Positions 54,867 to 64,000 of a stretch of 64,000 nucleotides of DNA are shown here, piece after piece. A program made the position numbers and the translations under genes. The notes under the pieces are model-generated. The model was not told where the DNA came from and made no database searches. It worked only from the letters and a program-made list of their open reading frames with translations. Each line of letters begins with the position of its first letter. Position 1 is the first letter of the stretch. Origin of the DNA: Diplonema japonicum (Eukaryota > Protista > Euglenozoa: Diplonemea); the NCBI GenBank assembly GCA_964019335.1, contig OZ025752.1, forward strand, positions 62,001-126,000, written 5' to 3'.

Positions 54867-56232
54867 CAACCTCTCATGGCAAAAAGGCTGCGTGCCCCAA
54901 CGCTGGCGTGACGCCCTTACGAAGCCCTTACCTAAGCCGATGAGAGATCGCACAGAACCCTGCAACTACCGTGATAAAGACACGGCTGCACTTTCTACAA
55001 GAAGACCCCGGGTCGGACCAACACGGACTATGCCACACACAAGCTGGGTTCCAAGCAGGCAGGTCCACCGTGGAACAGATAGCAGCCCTGACACAGAAGC
55101 TGAAGGACGGACAAGCAGAGAAGAAGGTGACTTTCTCGATATTTCTGGATTTCGAAAAGGCCTTCGACTCAGTCCAGAAGTCTCGGCTGATGAGAAAGCT
55201 GGAAGAAATGAACACACCCCCACTGTACCTGAATTGGATCTGGAGCATTCCTGCACAACAGGCAGGCAGCAGTGAGCATGGACGGGGTGAAAGGAACGAA
55301 CCGCGAGAAAGAAGAAGAGTGCCTCAGGGAACAGTACTCTCACCACTACTGTTCTTATACCATGTAGACGACATCGCAAGGACACTGGAGGCACAAGGGA
55401 ACGAGATCCTGGCATCACTGTACGCGGACGACATGGCGGCGATTGTCACTGGAGACAGCCATGAGGAAGCGCAGACAAAGGCACAGGCAGTTCTTGAGAA
55501 GATAGACGCCTGGGCAGAACGCTGGGGACTGAAACTGTCACGCAGGAAGACTTGTTACATGACAACAGGCAGCAAGAACAAGCAACAGAGCACACTGTAC
55601 TTCATGGAGAGCACACAGAAGACTGAAGTGAAGTACGAGGAGAACCCCATGTTCCTAGGAGTCATCTTTGACGAGAAAGTGACCTTCAAAGCACACGTAA
55701 GTTATGTGAAAAGAAGGCTGAATGAGAGGCTCAAGGTGCTGAGTGCACTGTCAGGCAAGGAATGGGGAAGCATGGCCAGAAGGTGACGTGAAAGACCTCC
55801 AAAAGATCCACAACGTTGCAGCCAGGAGCATCACCAGCTGCCAAATCTCTACCCCCGTCGAGACTCTCATGAGAATAGCGCGACTCTGGCCGATCGAGAG
55901 TCTGGTACGTGGGAACTACCTCACATGCTGCTACGTCCCAGGCCACTGCGGACTAGAAGGGAACGAGAAAGCAGATGAGCTGGCGGAAAAAGGCAGGGAA
56001 GAAGAGGCAACCCAAAAGATCAGCATGGGCGCAGCGAAGAACCACCTGCATCAGACAGAGAAGCAAAACATAGTTGCTGGGTTTAAAGAAGGAGAGGACA
56101 TACTATAAGTGGGCAGGGAAGACAGAAGCACCCAAAAGGATGGAAGGGCTCAGCAGAAAAGAAGAGGTGATGATCAATCAGCTGAAGTCCGGGCATCACA
56201 AGCTGTTGAAGAAAGACTTCAAGCAACGCATT
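54867..56232 (+). mobile_element. Second Ingi/I-like LINE fragment (RT, RNase H end)
   Basis: FLDFEKAFD, VPQGTVLSPLLF, YADD, FLGVIFD and YVPGHCGLEGNEKADELA. Confidence 0.88.
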
Positions 56233-56489
56233 TTGCGCATTTTGTCCCCCTGGGCTCACCTACATGGTTCAACCGATGGATATTGGGTTGAACGCAGCTG
56301 TAAAGTAATCTATTAATTAAGAAAGGTAGTAGGCCACACGAAGGCTCGACAAGCTGATTGCCTCAGGGGCAGCCAGGGAGGACAAAGATGCAGAAAGGGA
56401 ACCCTGGGGGTTTCTTCGCGCGGTTGCCGTTTGCAGCCCAGGCCAGTATAATATGTAGGTGGTAGTGGACCAGGCCCCCTGACGGCCTT

Positions 56490-56577
56490 ACCTTAAAAAA
56501 ACTCCCGTACGGAAAAATTCCCGGACGCCAAAAAAACTCGGACATTTTTCCGCCCGGGAGTTTTTCGTTTTACAGTA
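56490..56577. mobile_element. Tc1/pogo-like terminal remnant
   Basis: Ends in gacatttttccgcccgggagtttttcgttttacagta, similar to 35911-35946. Confidence 0.45.
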
Positions 56578-57108
56578 TAACAATCGATCGAAAACAGAAG
56601 AACGTATACCAGTGAATTGGAGGAAAGACACACGGCGTGCGGAGGTGATATATGTCGCAGGCCCCGTCCGCCGACGCGTCTGAACCAGCACTTCCTGGCG
56701 ACCAGGCCGTCTTTTCCCTTTTCCTACTTCACTTCGTTCCGTTATTTTCATTATTCTTTCCGGCGATAGACTGATACGGGCCATGGAAGCAACCTCTGCT
56801 TAATTCCTGGTACGGGGAGGCAGGGTCCTCTTGAGGATGTCAGTCACCTTTTCCCTTTTTTACTCGACTCTCTGTTTTCGTATGCAGTATTTATTCTTTT
56901 CCACCCCTTTTTATCTATTTCTTCGCTTCTCTATTCTAACTTAAAATCATTTCAGAGGCCCCGCAGTTTAACCAGCTCAGCTCGGTCAATGAGCGCAAAA
57001 AACGGATTACCTTTTCCCGTTTGAAAATGTCTTCGCCCCTTTTTTTCACCATTTTTTCCAGTGACCTTCCATGGTAATTTTGTCATTCAGCGGCCAACAG
57101 CAGCAAAC

Positions 57109-59040
57109 ATGGATGTGTTCGTAAAGGACGCTGCAGGGAAGCGCAAAGAGATGGTGGTGAAGGAGCACAGCACGCTTGCGGAGGTGGTGGAGGAGGCAGA
57201 GAGGGTGCTGGGCTATGAGGTGAAGGGGTGCACGGAGCTGTGGTACGATGGGGCTGTGGTGGCAGAGGGAGGGGACAGCAGCTTCTGCGGGCTGACGGGG
57301 ATCAGTGCAGGCGACGAAGTGCAGGCCGTCTACTCCAATGCGAAGATGAAGGAAGAATTCAAGACAGGCAAGGTCCCCTTCGACCACACTTCCCCTGATG
57401 TGATGCGAGGCGATGCTGAGATAGTTCTCCTTGCAGCGCAGAGGGACACGAACTTGTTGAAGTACGCCCTCCCCTCCCTTAGGGGGGACAAGGGCTTTAT
57501 GCTGTCTGCATTGAAGGCTTTCAGGTATTGTTATGGTTCCGATATCCTTCACCATGCCACCCCCGAGCTCCTCGACGACGCTGGCTTTGCGGCCGACGCC
57601 ATCATGACAAGACCATTAGACAGCCTTCTTAACTTTTCCAAGAGGTTGCAGACCGACCCGAGAGTGTGCCTTCTCCACAAGGCCTGGCAACAGCGATTGC
57701 TCCCCGACCCTGTCCTTTCTGACGACACGGAGGTCGCCATGCTTCAGATCAAGATGTGGGACAGGGCCCACAGAGCCAAGCCATGGGACTTTTCTGACGA
57801 CCACTCGTGCTGTCTGCAGCATGTCTCTGAGCGTCTGCAGGGTGACAAGGAGTTGGTGCTGGCTGCTGTGGAGTATGACGGGATGAGCTTGAAGCACGCA
57901 GCGGGGCCCTTGAGGAACGACCCTGATGTTGTTCGTGCAGCTGTGCAGCAGAATGGGATGGCCTTGGGTTTTGCATCTGAGAAGGAGGAAGAAGAGGAAG
58001 AAGAAACCTCGCAGAGCTACGGGAAGAAGCGAGTGGGAGTCCTTCGTTCACTGTGCATACGACGCATGGTCACTGTCCCAACAGGTACCCTCAAGCCTGG
58101 GCTTGTGAAGCTGCTGAGGCAGTATGACAAAGAGAAGAGGCAGGAGAAAAAAGCAAAAGAGGCAAAAGAAAAGGAAGAAGAGAAGGCGAAAGCAATAGAA
58201 AAAGGGGGAGAGAAGGAGAAAGCCATTGGGGAAAAGAGAGAGCTTGATGGGCCAGCTGGAGACCAATCCCCTGCAAAGAAACCTAAAACAGAAGTGGTGT
58301 CCTTCAGAAGCAACCCGGAGTTTGCGATGTTGGCGGTGAAGCAGAACTGGATGGCCGTTTGCCACCTCACAGGTGCGGCGAGGGACAGCAAGGAGGTGGC
58401 ATTGAAGGCTCTTCGGGCAGATTTAGGTGCTTACGATTACCTACCAAAGCAACTTCGTGATTATGACAAGGAAGTGGCTGTGGCGATGGTGAGTTCGGAC
58501 GGGAGGCGTGTGCAGTACCTCTCCAAGAAGCTGAAGAAGGAAAAGTGTGTAGTGCTGGCGGCGGTGAAGCAGAACGGGACTGCATTGAAGTATGTGAAGC
58601 AGTACTTCGATGACGACAGGGATGTGGCCTTGGTGGCTTGCATCAGCGGCGGGTGGCCTTACCTCTCCGACAGGCTGAAGGGGGACAAGCAGCTCGCGAT
58701 GAGGGCGGTGGCGCACGAAGGAAAGCTCTTTGAGAAGCTCAGCCCAGAGCTTCGGAGCGATAAGGACGTGGCACTGATCGCTGTGAAGAGGATGGCAATG
58801 CTCTCCACGGAAAAATATGGCAATGCTCTCCACCGTGGACACACAACCTTGAACATGGTGGGGGAGGGCCTGGCACCATTACTGGAATTTGCTTATGCCG
58901 TATTGAACATGCGCGGCTGCAGAGGAGTTGATGAGCTCAAGAAGAGCGTGTTGCGCAGCACCCTGCCAGAAGGAGAACAAATGCCAGATTCTGATAAATC
59001 TGAGTCCGAAGAGGAGGCATCTGAATCTGAATCTGAATGA
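57109..59040 (+). CDS. UBL-DUF4116-SAP-NLS copy E (643 aa)
   Basis: Intact paralog with ATG at 57109. Confidence 0.85.
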   Translation: MDVFVKDAAGKRKEMVVKEHSTLAEVVEEAERVLGYEVKGCTELWYDGAVVAEGGDSSFCGLTGISAGDEVQAVYSNAKMKEEFKTGKVPFDHTSPDVMRGDAEIVLLAAQRDTNLLKYALPSLRGDKGFMLSALKAFRYCYGSDILHHATPELLDDAGFAADAIMTRPLDSLLNFSKRLQTDPRVCLLHKAWQQRLLPDPVLSDDTEVAMLQIKMWDRAHRAKPWDFSDDHSCCLQHVSERLQGDKELVLAAVEYDGMSLKHAAGPLRNDPDVVRAAVQQNGMALGFASEKEEEEEEETSQSYGKKRVGVLRSLCIRRMVTVPTGTLKPGLVKLLRQYDKEKRQEKKAKEAKEKEEEKAKAIEKGGEKEKAIGEKRELDGPAGDQSPAKKPKTEVVSFRSNPEFAMLAVKQNWMAVCHLTGAARDSKEVALKALRADLGAYDYLPKQLRDYDKEVAVAMVSSDGRRVQYLSKKLKKEKCVVLAAVKQNGTALKYVKQYFDDDRDVALVACISGGWPYLSDRLKGDKQLAMRAVAHEGKLFEKLSPELRSDKDVALIAVKRMAMLSTEKYGNALHRGHTTLNMVGEGLAPLLEFAYAVLNMRGCRGVDELKKSVLRSTLPEGEQMPDSDKSESEEEASESESE

Positions 59041-59411
59041 TGAAATAAAAGAGACGGTAGCCCCCTTTCTTTTGTTTAGCCTGTGGGGTGGCGATTGCAT
59101 TTTCTTGGCCTGACGAGAGCGTGTTGCGCAGCACCCTGCCAGAAGGAGAAAAAATGCCAACTTCTGATAAATCCGAAGAAGAAGGAAGAACACTGAATCT
59201 GAAAGAAGAATTAAAAAAAAAACTTTTTTTTGACACCGGTAGTTTGTGAGAGGATAGAGTCCCCTTTACTTTTAGCCTATTTGGGCGATTGCATTCTCTT
59301 GAGACACATCTCTTTTTCTCAGTGATTTTTATTGTGACTCTGTTTTTTCTCTCTCGTTCTGCCCCCCCTTTCCCTTTACAACATTTCAGCCACCCCCTCA
59401 TAACAGCAAAC

Positions 59412-61376
59412 ATGGATGTGTTCGTAAAGGACGCTGCAGGGAAGCGCAAAGAGATGGTGGTGAAGGAGCACAGCACGCTTGCGGAGGTGGTGGAGGAGGC
59501 AGAGAGGGTGCTGGGCTATGAGGTGAAGGGGTGCACGGAGCTGTGGTACGATGGGGCTGTGGTGGCAGAGGGAGGGGACAGCAGCTTCTGCGGGCTGACG
59601 GGGATCAGTGCAGGCGACGAAGTGCAGGCCGTCTACTCCAATGCGAAGATGAAGGAAGAATTCAAGACAGGCAAGGTCACTTTCAACGACACTTCCCCTG
59701 ATGTGATGCGAGGCGATGCTGAGATCGCTCTCCTTGCAGCGAAGACTAGCCCAAGCTTGTTGAGGCACGCCCTCCCCTCCCTTAGGGGGGACAAGGGCTT
59801 TATGCTGTCTGCATTGAAGGCTGTCCACCGTGCTGATGAGGTCCTTCGCCATGCCACTCCCCAGCTCCTCGACGACGCTGGCTTTGCGGCCGACGCCATC
59901 ATGACAAAACCATTGCCCAATCTACTCAAGTTTTCCAAGAGGTTGCAGACCGACCCGAGAGTGTGCCTTCTCCACAAGGCCACAAAACAGCGATTGCTCC
60001 CCGACCCTGTCCTTTCTGACGACACGGAGGTCGCCATGCTTCAGATCAAGATGTGGAGCAAGTCAGAAGCCAACTCACAGGTTCGTCGATCAGGGTGGGG
60101 GCATCGTCGTTCCTATAGGATGCGTCGTCTGCGTTTTAGTAACAAGAATGACCACGAGTGCTGTCTGCAGCATGTCTCTGAGCGTCTGCAGGGTGACAAG
60201 GAGTTGGTGCTGGCTGCTGTGGAGTATGACGGGATGAGCTTGGAGCACGCAGCGGGGCCCTTGAGGAACGACCCTGATGTTGTTCGTGCAGCTGTGCAGC
60301 AGAATGGGATGGCCTTGGGTTTTGCATCTGAGAAGGAGGAAGAAGAGGAAGGCTCGCAGAGCTACGGGAAGAAGCGAATGGTAGTCCTCCGTTCACTGTG
60401 CATACGACGCATGGTCACTGTCCCACCGAACACCCTCAAGCCTGGGCTTGTGAAGCTGCTGAGGCAGTATGACAAAGAGAAGAGGCAGGAGAAAAAAGCA
60501 AAGGCAAAAGAAAAGGAAGAAGAGAAGGCGAAAGCAAAAGAAAAGGAGGGGGAGAAGGAGAAAGCCATTGGGGAAAAGAGAGAGCTTGATGGGCCAGCTG
60601 GAGACCAACCCCCTGCAAAAAAACAGAAGACAGAAGTGGTGGATGGGGAGTTGTCCTTCAGAAGCAACCTGGAGTTTGCGATGTTGGCGGTGAAGAAGGA
60701 CTGGGTGGCCGTTTGCCACCTCACAGGTGCGGCGAGGGACAGCAAGGAGGTGGCATTGGAGGCTGTTAAGGCAGATGTAAGTGCTTACGATTACCTACCA
60801 AAGCGACTTCAGGAAGACAAGGAAGTGGCGATGACGGCGGTGAGTTCGGACGGGAAGCGTTTGAAGTACCTCTCCAAGAAGCTGAGGAAAGACAAGTGTG
60901 TGGTGCTGGCGGCGGTGAAGCAGAACGGGACTGCATTGAAGTGTGTGAAGCAGTACTTCGATGACGACAGGGATGTGGCCTTGGTGGCTTGCATCAGCGG
61001 CGGGTGGCCTTACCTCTCCGACAGGCTGAAGGGGGACAAGCAGCTCGCGATGAGGGCGGTGGCGCACCACGGAAAGCTCTTTGAGAAGCTCAGCCCAGAG
61101 CTTCGGAGCGATAAGGACGTGGCATTGATCGCTGTGAATAGGATGACAATGTTCTCAATGCACCGTGGACGCACCGCCTTGAACATGGTGGGGGAGGGCC
61201 TGGCACCATTACTGGAATTTGCTTATGCCGTATTGAACATGAGCGGCTGCAGAGGAGTTGATGAGCTCAAGAAGAGCGTGTTGCGCAGCACCCTGCCAGA
61301 AGGAGAACAAATGCCAGATTCTGATAAATCTGAGTCCGAAGAGGAGGCATGTGAATCTGAATCTGAATCTGAATGA
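59412..61376 (+). CDS. UBL-DUF4116-SAP-NLS copy F (654 aa)
   Basis: Intact paralog. The upstream ~59115-59411 duplicates ~38310-38607. Confidence 0.85.
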   Translation: MDVFVKDAAGKRKEMVVKEHSTLAEVVEEAERVLGYEVKGCTELWYDGAVVAEGGDSSFCGLTGISAGDEVQAVYSNAKMKEEFKTGKVTFNDTSPDVMRGDAEIALLAAKTSPSLLRHALPSLRGDKGFMLSALKAVHRADEVLRHATPQLLDDAGFAADAIMTKPLPNLLKFSKRLQTDPRVCLLHKATKQRLLPDPVLSDDTEVAMLQIKMWSKSEANSQVRRSGWGHRRSYRMRRLRFSNKNDHECCLQHVSERLQGDKELVLAAVEYDGMSLEHAAGPLRNDPDVVRAAVQQNGMALGFASEKEEEEEGSQSYGKKRMVVLRSLCIRRMVTVPPNTLKPGLVKLLRQYDKEKRQEKKAKAKEKEEEKAKAKEKEGEKEKAIGEKRELDGPAGDQPPAKKQKTEVVDGELSFRSNLEFAMLAVKKDWVAVCHLTGAARDSKEVALEAVKADVSAYDYLPKRLQEDKEVAMTAVSSDGKRLKYLSKKLRKDKCVVLAAVKQNGTALKCVKQYFDDDRDVALVACISGGWPYLSDRLKGDKQLAMRAVAHHGKLFEKLSPELRSDKDVALIAVNRMTMFSMHRGRTALNMVGEGLAPLLEFAYAVLNMSGCRGVDELKKSVLRSTLPEGEQMPDSDKSESEEEACESESESE

Positions 61377-61799
61377 TGAAATAAAAGAGAGCGGTAGCTC
61401 CCTTTCTTTTGTTTAGCCTATGGGGTGGCGATTGCATTCTCTTGGCCTGACGATCCTGTCATTTCTCCTCACTTCTCACCCCCTTCTTTCTTATTTTTAT
61501 TTCTTCTTCTTTGTTTTAAAGAAGTTCACACCCCGTGGAAGTCGTTGCAAGAACATATTTCTTTTTTTTTTTTTCTTTTTTTTGTACGGGGAACGAACAC
61601 GGGAAGGGCGACCTATTAGAGACAGGCCGCTCCTGCAGTACAAGAGCGCCTTGCCGGCCAGAAGGGAAGACTCCGTTCACCAGCGACTCGAAAGGCAAAC
61701 ACCGACAGCCGGCACCAGGCTGCAGCTACAGCTAAGCCCCTGTAATCAAGTAGACAGTTTATGATTCGTTGCACACGTAACGACACGTGTTGCAATCAA

Positions 61800-61990
61800 A
61801 AGGGCAACCGGGTGAGCGTCTCCCAGGCGGCGTTCCCAGCAGCGCGAGTGGATCGCGTCAACTCCCTGCGCTGTATAGGAGGACCGACCACACACGGGTA
61901 TGACAGGAGGCCAGTACTCCCGGAGCGAACCATGAGCAGCATCGAAGGCTTGCGTGACACGTACCTGTCGCAGACCCCGACAAGGCTGCC
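61800..61990 (+). mobile_element. Fragment of the second non-LTR-like family
   Basis: FPAARVDRVNSLRCIGGPTTHGYDRRP matches the end of the 41455 ORF. Confidence 0.65.
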
Positions 61991-62487
61991 CCGCAGTTTT
62001 ACCACCGCAGTAGGAACCCGCCAGAGCCCCCAGAACGCCGGTGAGCGCAAAAACGCATACCTTAAAAGAATAGTTTTTTTTCTTTTTTCTTTTTTTTTTT
62101 TGAACACGAGAAGGCCGGTGAACGTATTCCCAGGGCATTCTTCACGGCGTTTGCGAAAAGAAGAAAGTCTAAAAACCCACTTACCTGGGGGTCCGTGATT
62201 GATTTTAAAACAAACCATCGATCAGGACCTGATCAGGACCCGACCGGATAAATCGATTTTCTTTTCTTTCTTTTCTTTCTCTCCACCCAGCTCGCTTATT
62301 TGGCGCGATTGGCGATTTTTTTGTTTAAGAGGAATGAAAGTGTCCCCGCCCCCTTTCACTATTTTTTTCCAGCGACCTTCTTCCACCCTTTTATTTTACA
62401 TTTTCGCTTCTTTATTCCCCCACTTGCAATAACATTTCAGCGGCCTTCTTCCATGGTAATTTGTCGACGGCCCCAACAGCAGCAAAC

Positions 62488-63433
62488 ATGGATGTGTTCG
62501 TAAAGGACGCTCCAGGGAAGCGCAAAGAGATGGTGGTGAAGGAGCACAGCACGCTGAGATCGGTCTTCTCGCAGCGCAGAGGAACTTGAACTTGTTGAGC
62601 ATACGCCCTCCCCTCCCTTAGGGGGGACAAGGGCTTTATGCTGTCTGCATTGAAGGCTGTCAGGTATTGCTATGGTCCCGATATCCTTCACCATGCCACC
62701 CCCGAGCTCCTCGACGACGCTGGCTTTGCGGCCGACGCCATCATGACAAAAGCAGTGTTCGGTAATCTTAGATTTTCTGTGAGGTTGCAAACCGACCCGA
62801 GAGTGTGCCTTCTCCACAAGGTCACGAACCAGCGATTGCTCCCCGACCCTGTCCTTTCTGACGACACGGAGGTCGCCATGCTTCAGATCAAGATGTGGGA
62901 CAGGGCCCACGAAGCCACGCCATGGGACTTTTCTGACGACCACGAGTGCTGTCTGCAGCATGTCTCTGAGCGTCTGCAGGGTGACAAGGAGTTGGTGCTG
63001 GCTGCTGTGGAGTATGACGGGATGAGCTTGAAGCACGCAGCGGGGCCCTTGAGGAACGACCCTGATGTTGTTCGTGCAGCTGTGCAGCAGAATGGGATGG
63101 CCTTGGGTTTTGCATCTGAGAAAGAGGAAGAAGAGGAAGAAGAAGAAGTTTGCGATGTTGGCGGTGAAGAAGGACTGGATGGCATTTTGCCACCTCACAG
63201 GTGCGGCGAGGGACAGCAAGGAGGTGGCATTGGAGGCTATTAAGGCAGATTATAAAAAAAAAGATACAAGTGCTTACGATTACCTACCAAAGCGACTTCA
63301 GGAAGACAAGGAAGTGGCTGTGGCGACAGTGAGCAGGAACGGGTTGTATGTGCAGTGCCTCCCCGAGAAGCTGAAGAAGGACAAGTGTGTGGTGCTGGCG
63401 GTGGTGAAGCAGAAGCTCATCGGTCATAGGTAG
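62488..63433 (+). pseudogene. UBL-DUF4116 copy G; part of a segmental duplicate of ~49046-51330
   Basis: Same variable alleles and same SAP deletion as copy D, plus a UBL deletion. The downstream flank matches 51055-51330. Confidence 0.85.
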
Positions 63434-64000
63434 TTTTTGAGAAGAAAAAGTCCCCTTTTCTTTTAGCCCACTCCTCCCTCTTTTCTTTTTATAGGCCATA
63501 GTACGTTGGTAAGAGCAAGACCTACTAGTGGTTCAGCAGGGAGGTCCAGGAATGAAAAGACAGTGTGGTGCAAAAGATTTCAGGCAAGACGACAATCCAT
63601 GAAGCGCTAGTGACATGTCTGAAAAGACTGAGAAAATTGAAAAAGGGAACTTTTTTTTTTTATTTTTTTCCCCGTAATTTGTCTCATCTAGGATTAGGTG
63701 CTGCTGCAGAAGGGGAAAAATAATTCTTTATGACTATATGTCTTTGTTGTTCGCACGAGCAAAAAAGGTTTTTAAAAAGCTGCGAAAGTTTTTTGCTCGG
63801 CACAAGTTGCATATAGTTATAAAATCATTTTTTGAAAGATAAATATTTGTAACAAAAAAAAATTTTTTTTCGTTGGGGGTTTTCTTTTCTTTTTTTTTTT
63901 CTCTCTTTTTTTTCAAAAAAAAAAAGAAGAAGTTCCCTTTTTTTTCCCCCATGGATCTGTTCTTCACGATGCATAACATGAAACTGTCGCAGGGCGACGG

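Overview
Eukaryotic genomic DNA. All genes and nearly all mobile-element fragments lie on the + strand, and intergenic DNA is dominated by homopolymers. The unidirectional gene cluster, GT-AG cis-introns and Ingi/I-like LINEs with RNase H suggest a trans-splicing euglenozoan such as a diplonemid; this is inference only. Core genes: the 3' part of an ASCC3/Slh1 helicase, a secreted tyrosinase, cyclophilin-40, a choline/ethanolamine-kinase-like protein, a hypothetical protein and a 5-exon multipass membrane protein. Accessory content: a kinase-ankyrin gene plus a pseudogene copy, an ADP-ribosyltransferase-ankyrin gene, and about 10 copies of a ubiquitin-like/DUF4116-like/SAP-like/NLS family with patchwork hypervariable loops. 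These are interleaved with LINE, pogo, hAT-like and Crypton-like debris. Main observations: (1) every cis-intron found carries a poly(A) tract instead of a polypyrimidine tract; (2) several poly(A)-tailed insertions have target-site duplications (TSDs), and one TSD contains AG|GT so that it forms a perfectly excisable GT-AG intron, suggesting intron birth by retroposition; (3) an 8-unit tandem array of a conserved hairpin with an elastic A-tract loop; (4) a portable pyrimidine-tract/CATTTCAG acceptor cassette in front of accessory genes and retro-insertions. Homopolymer lengths may be affected by sequencing error, and no database searches were run.
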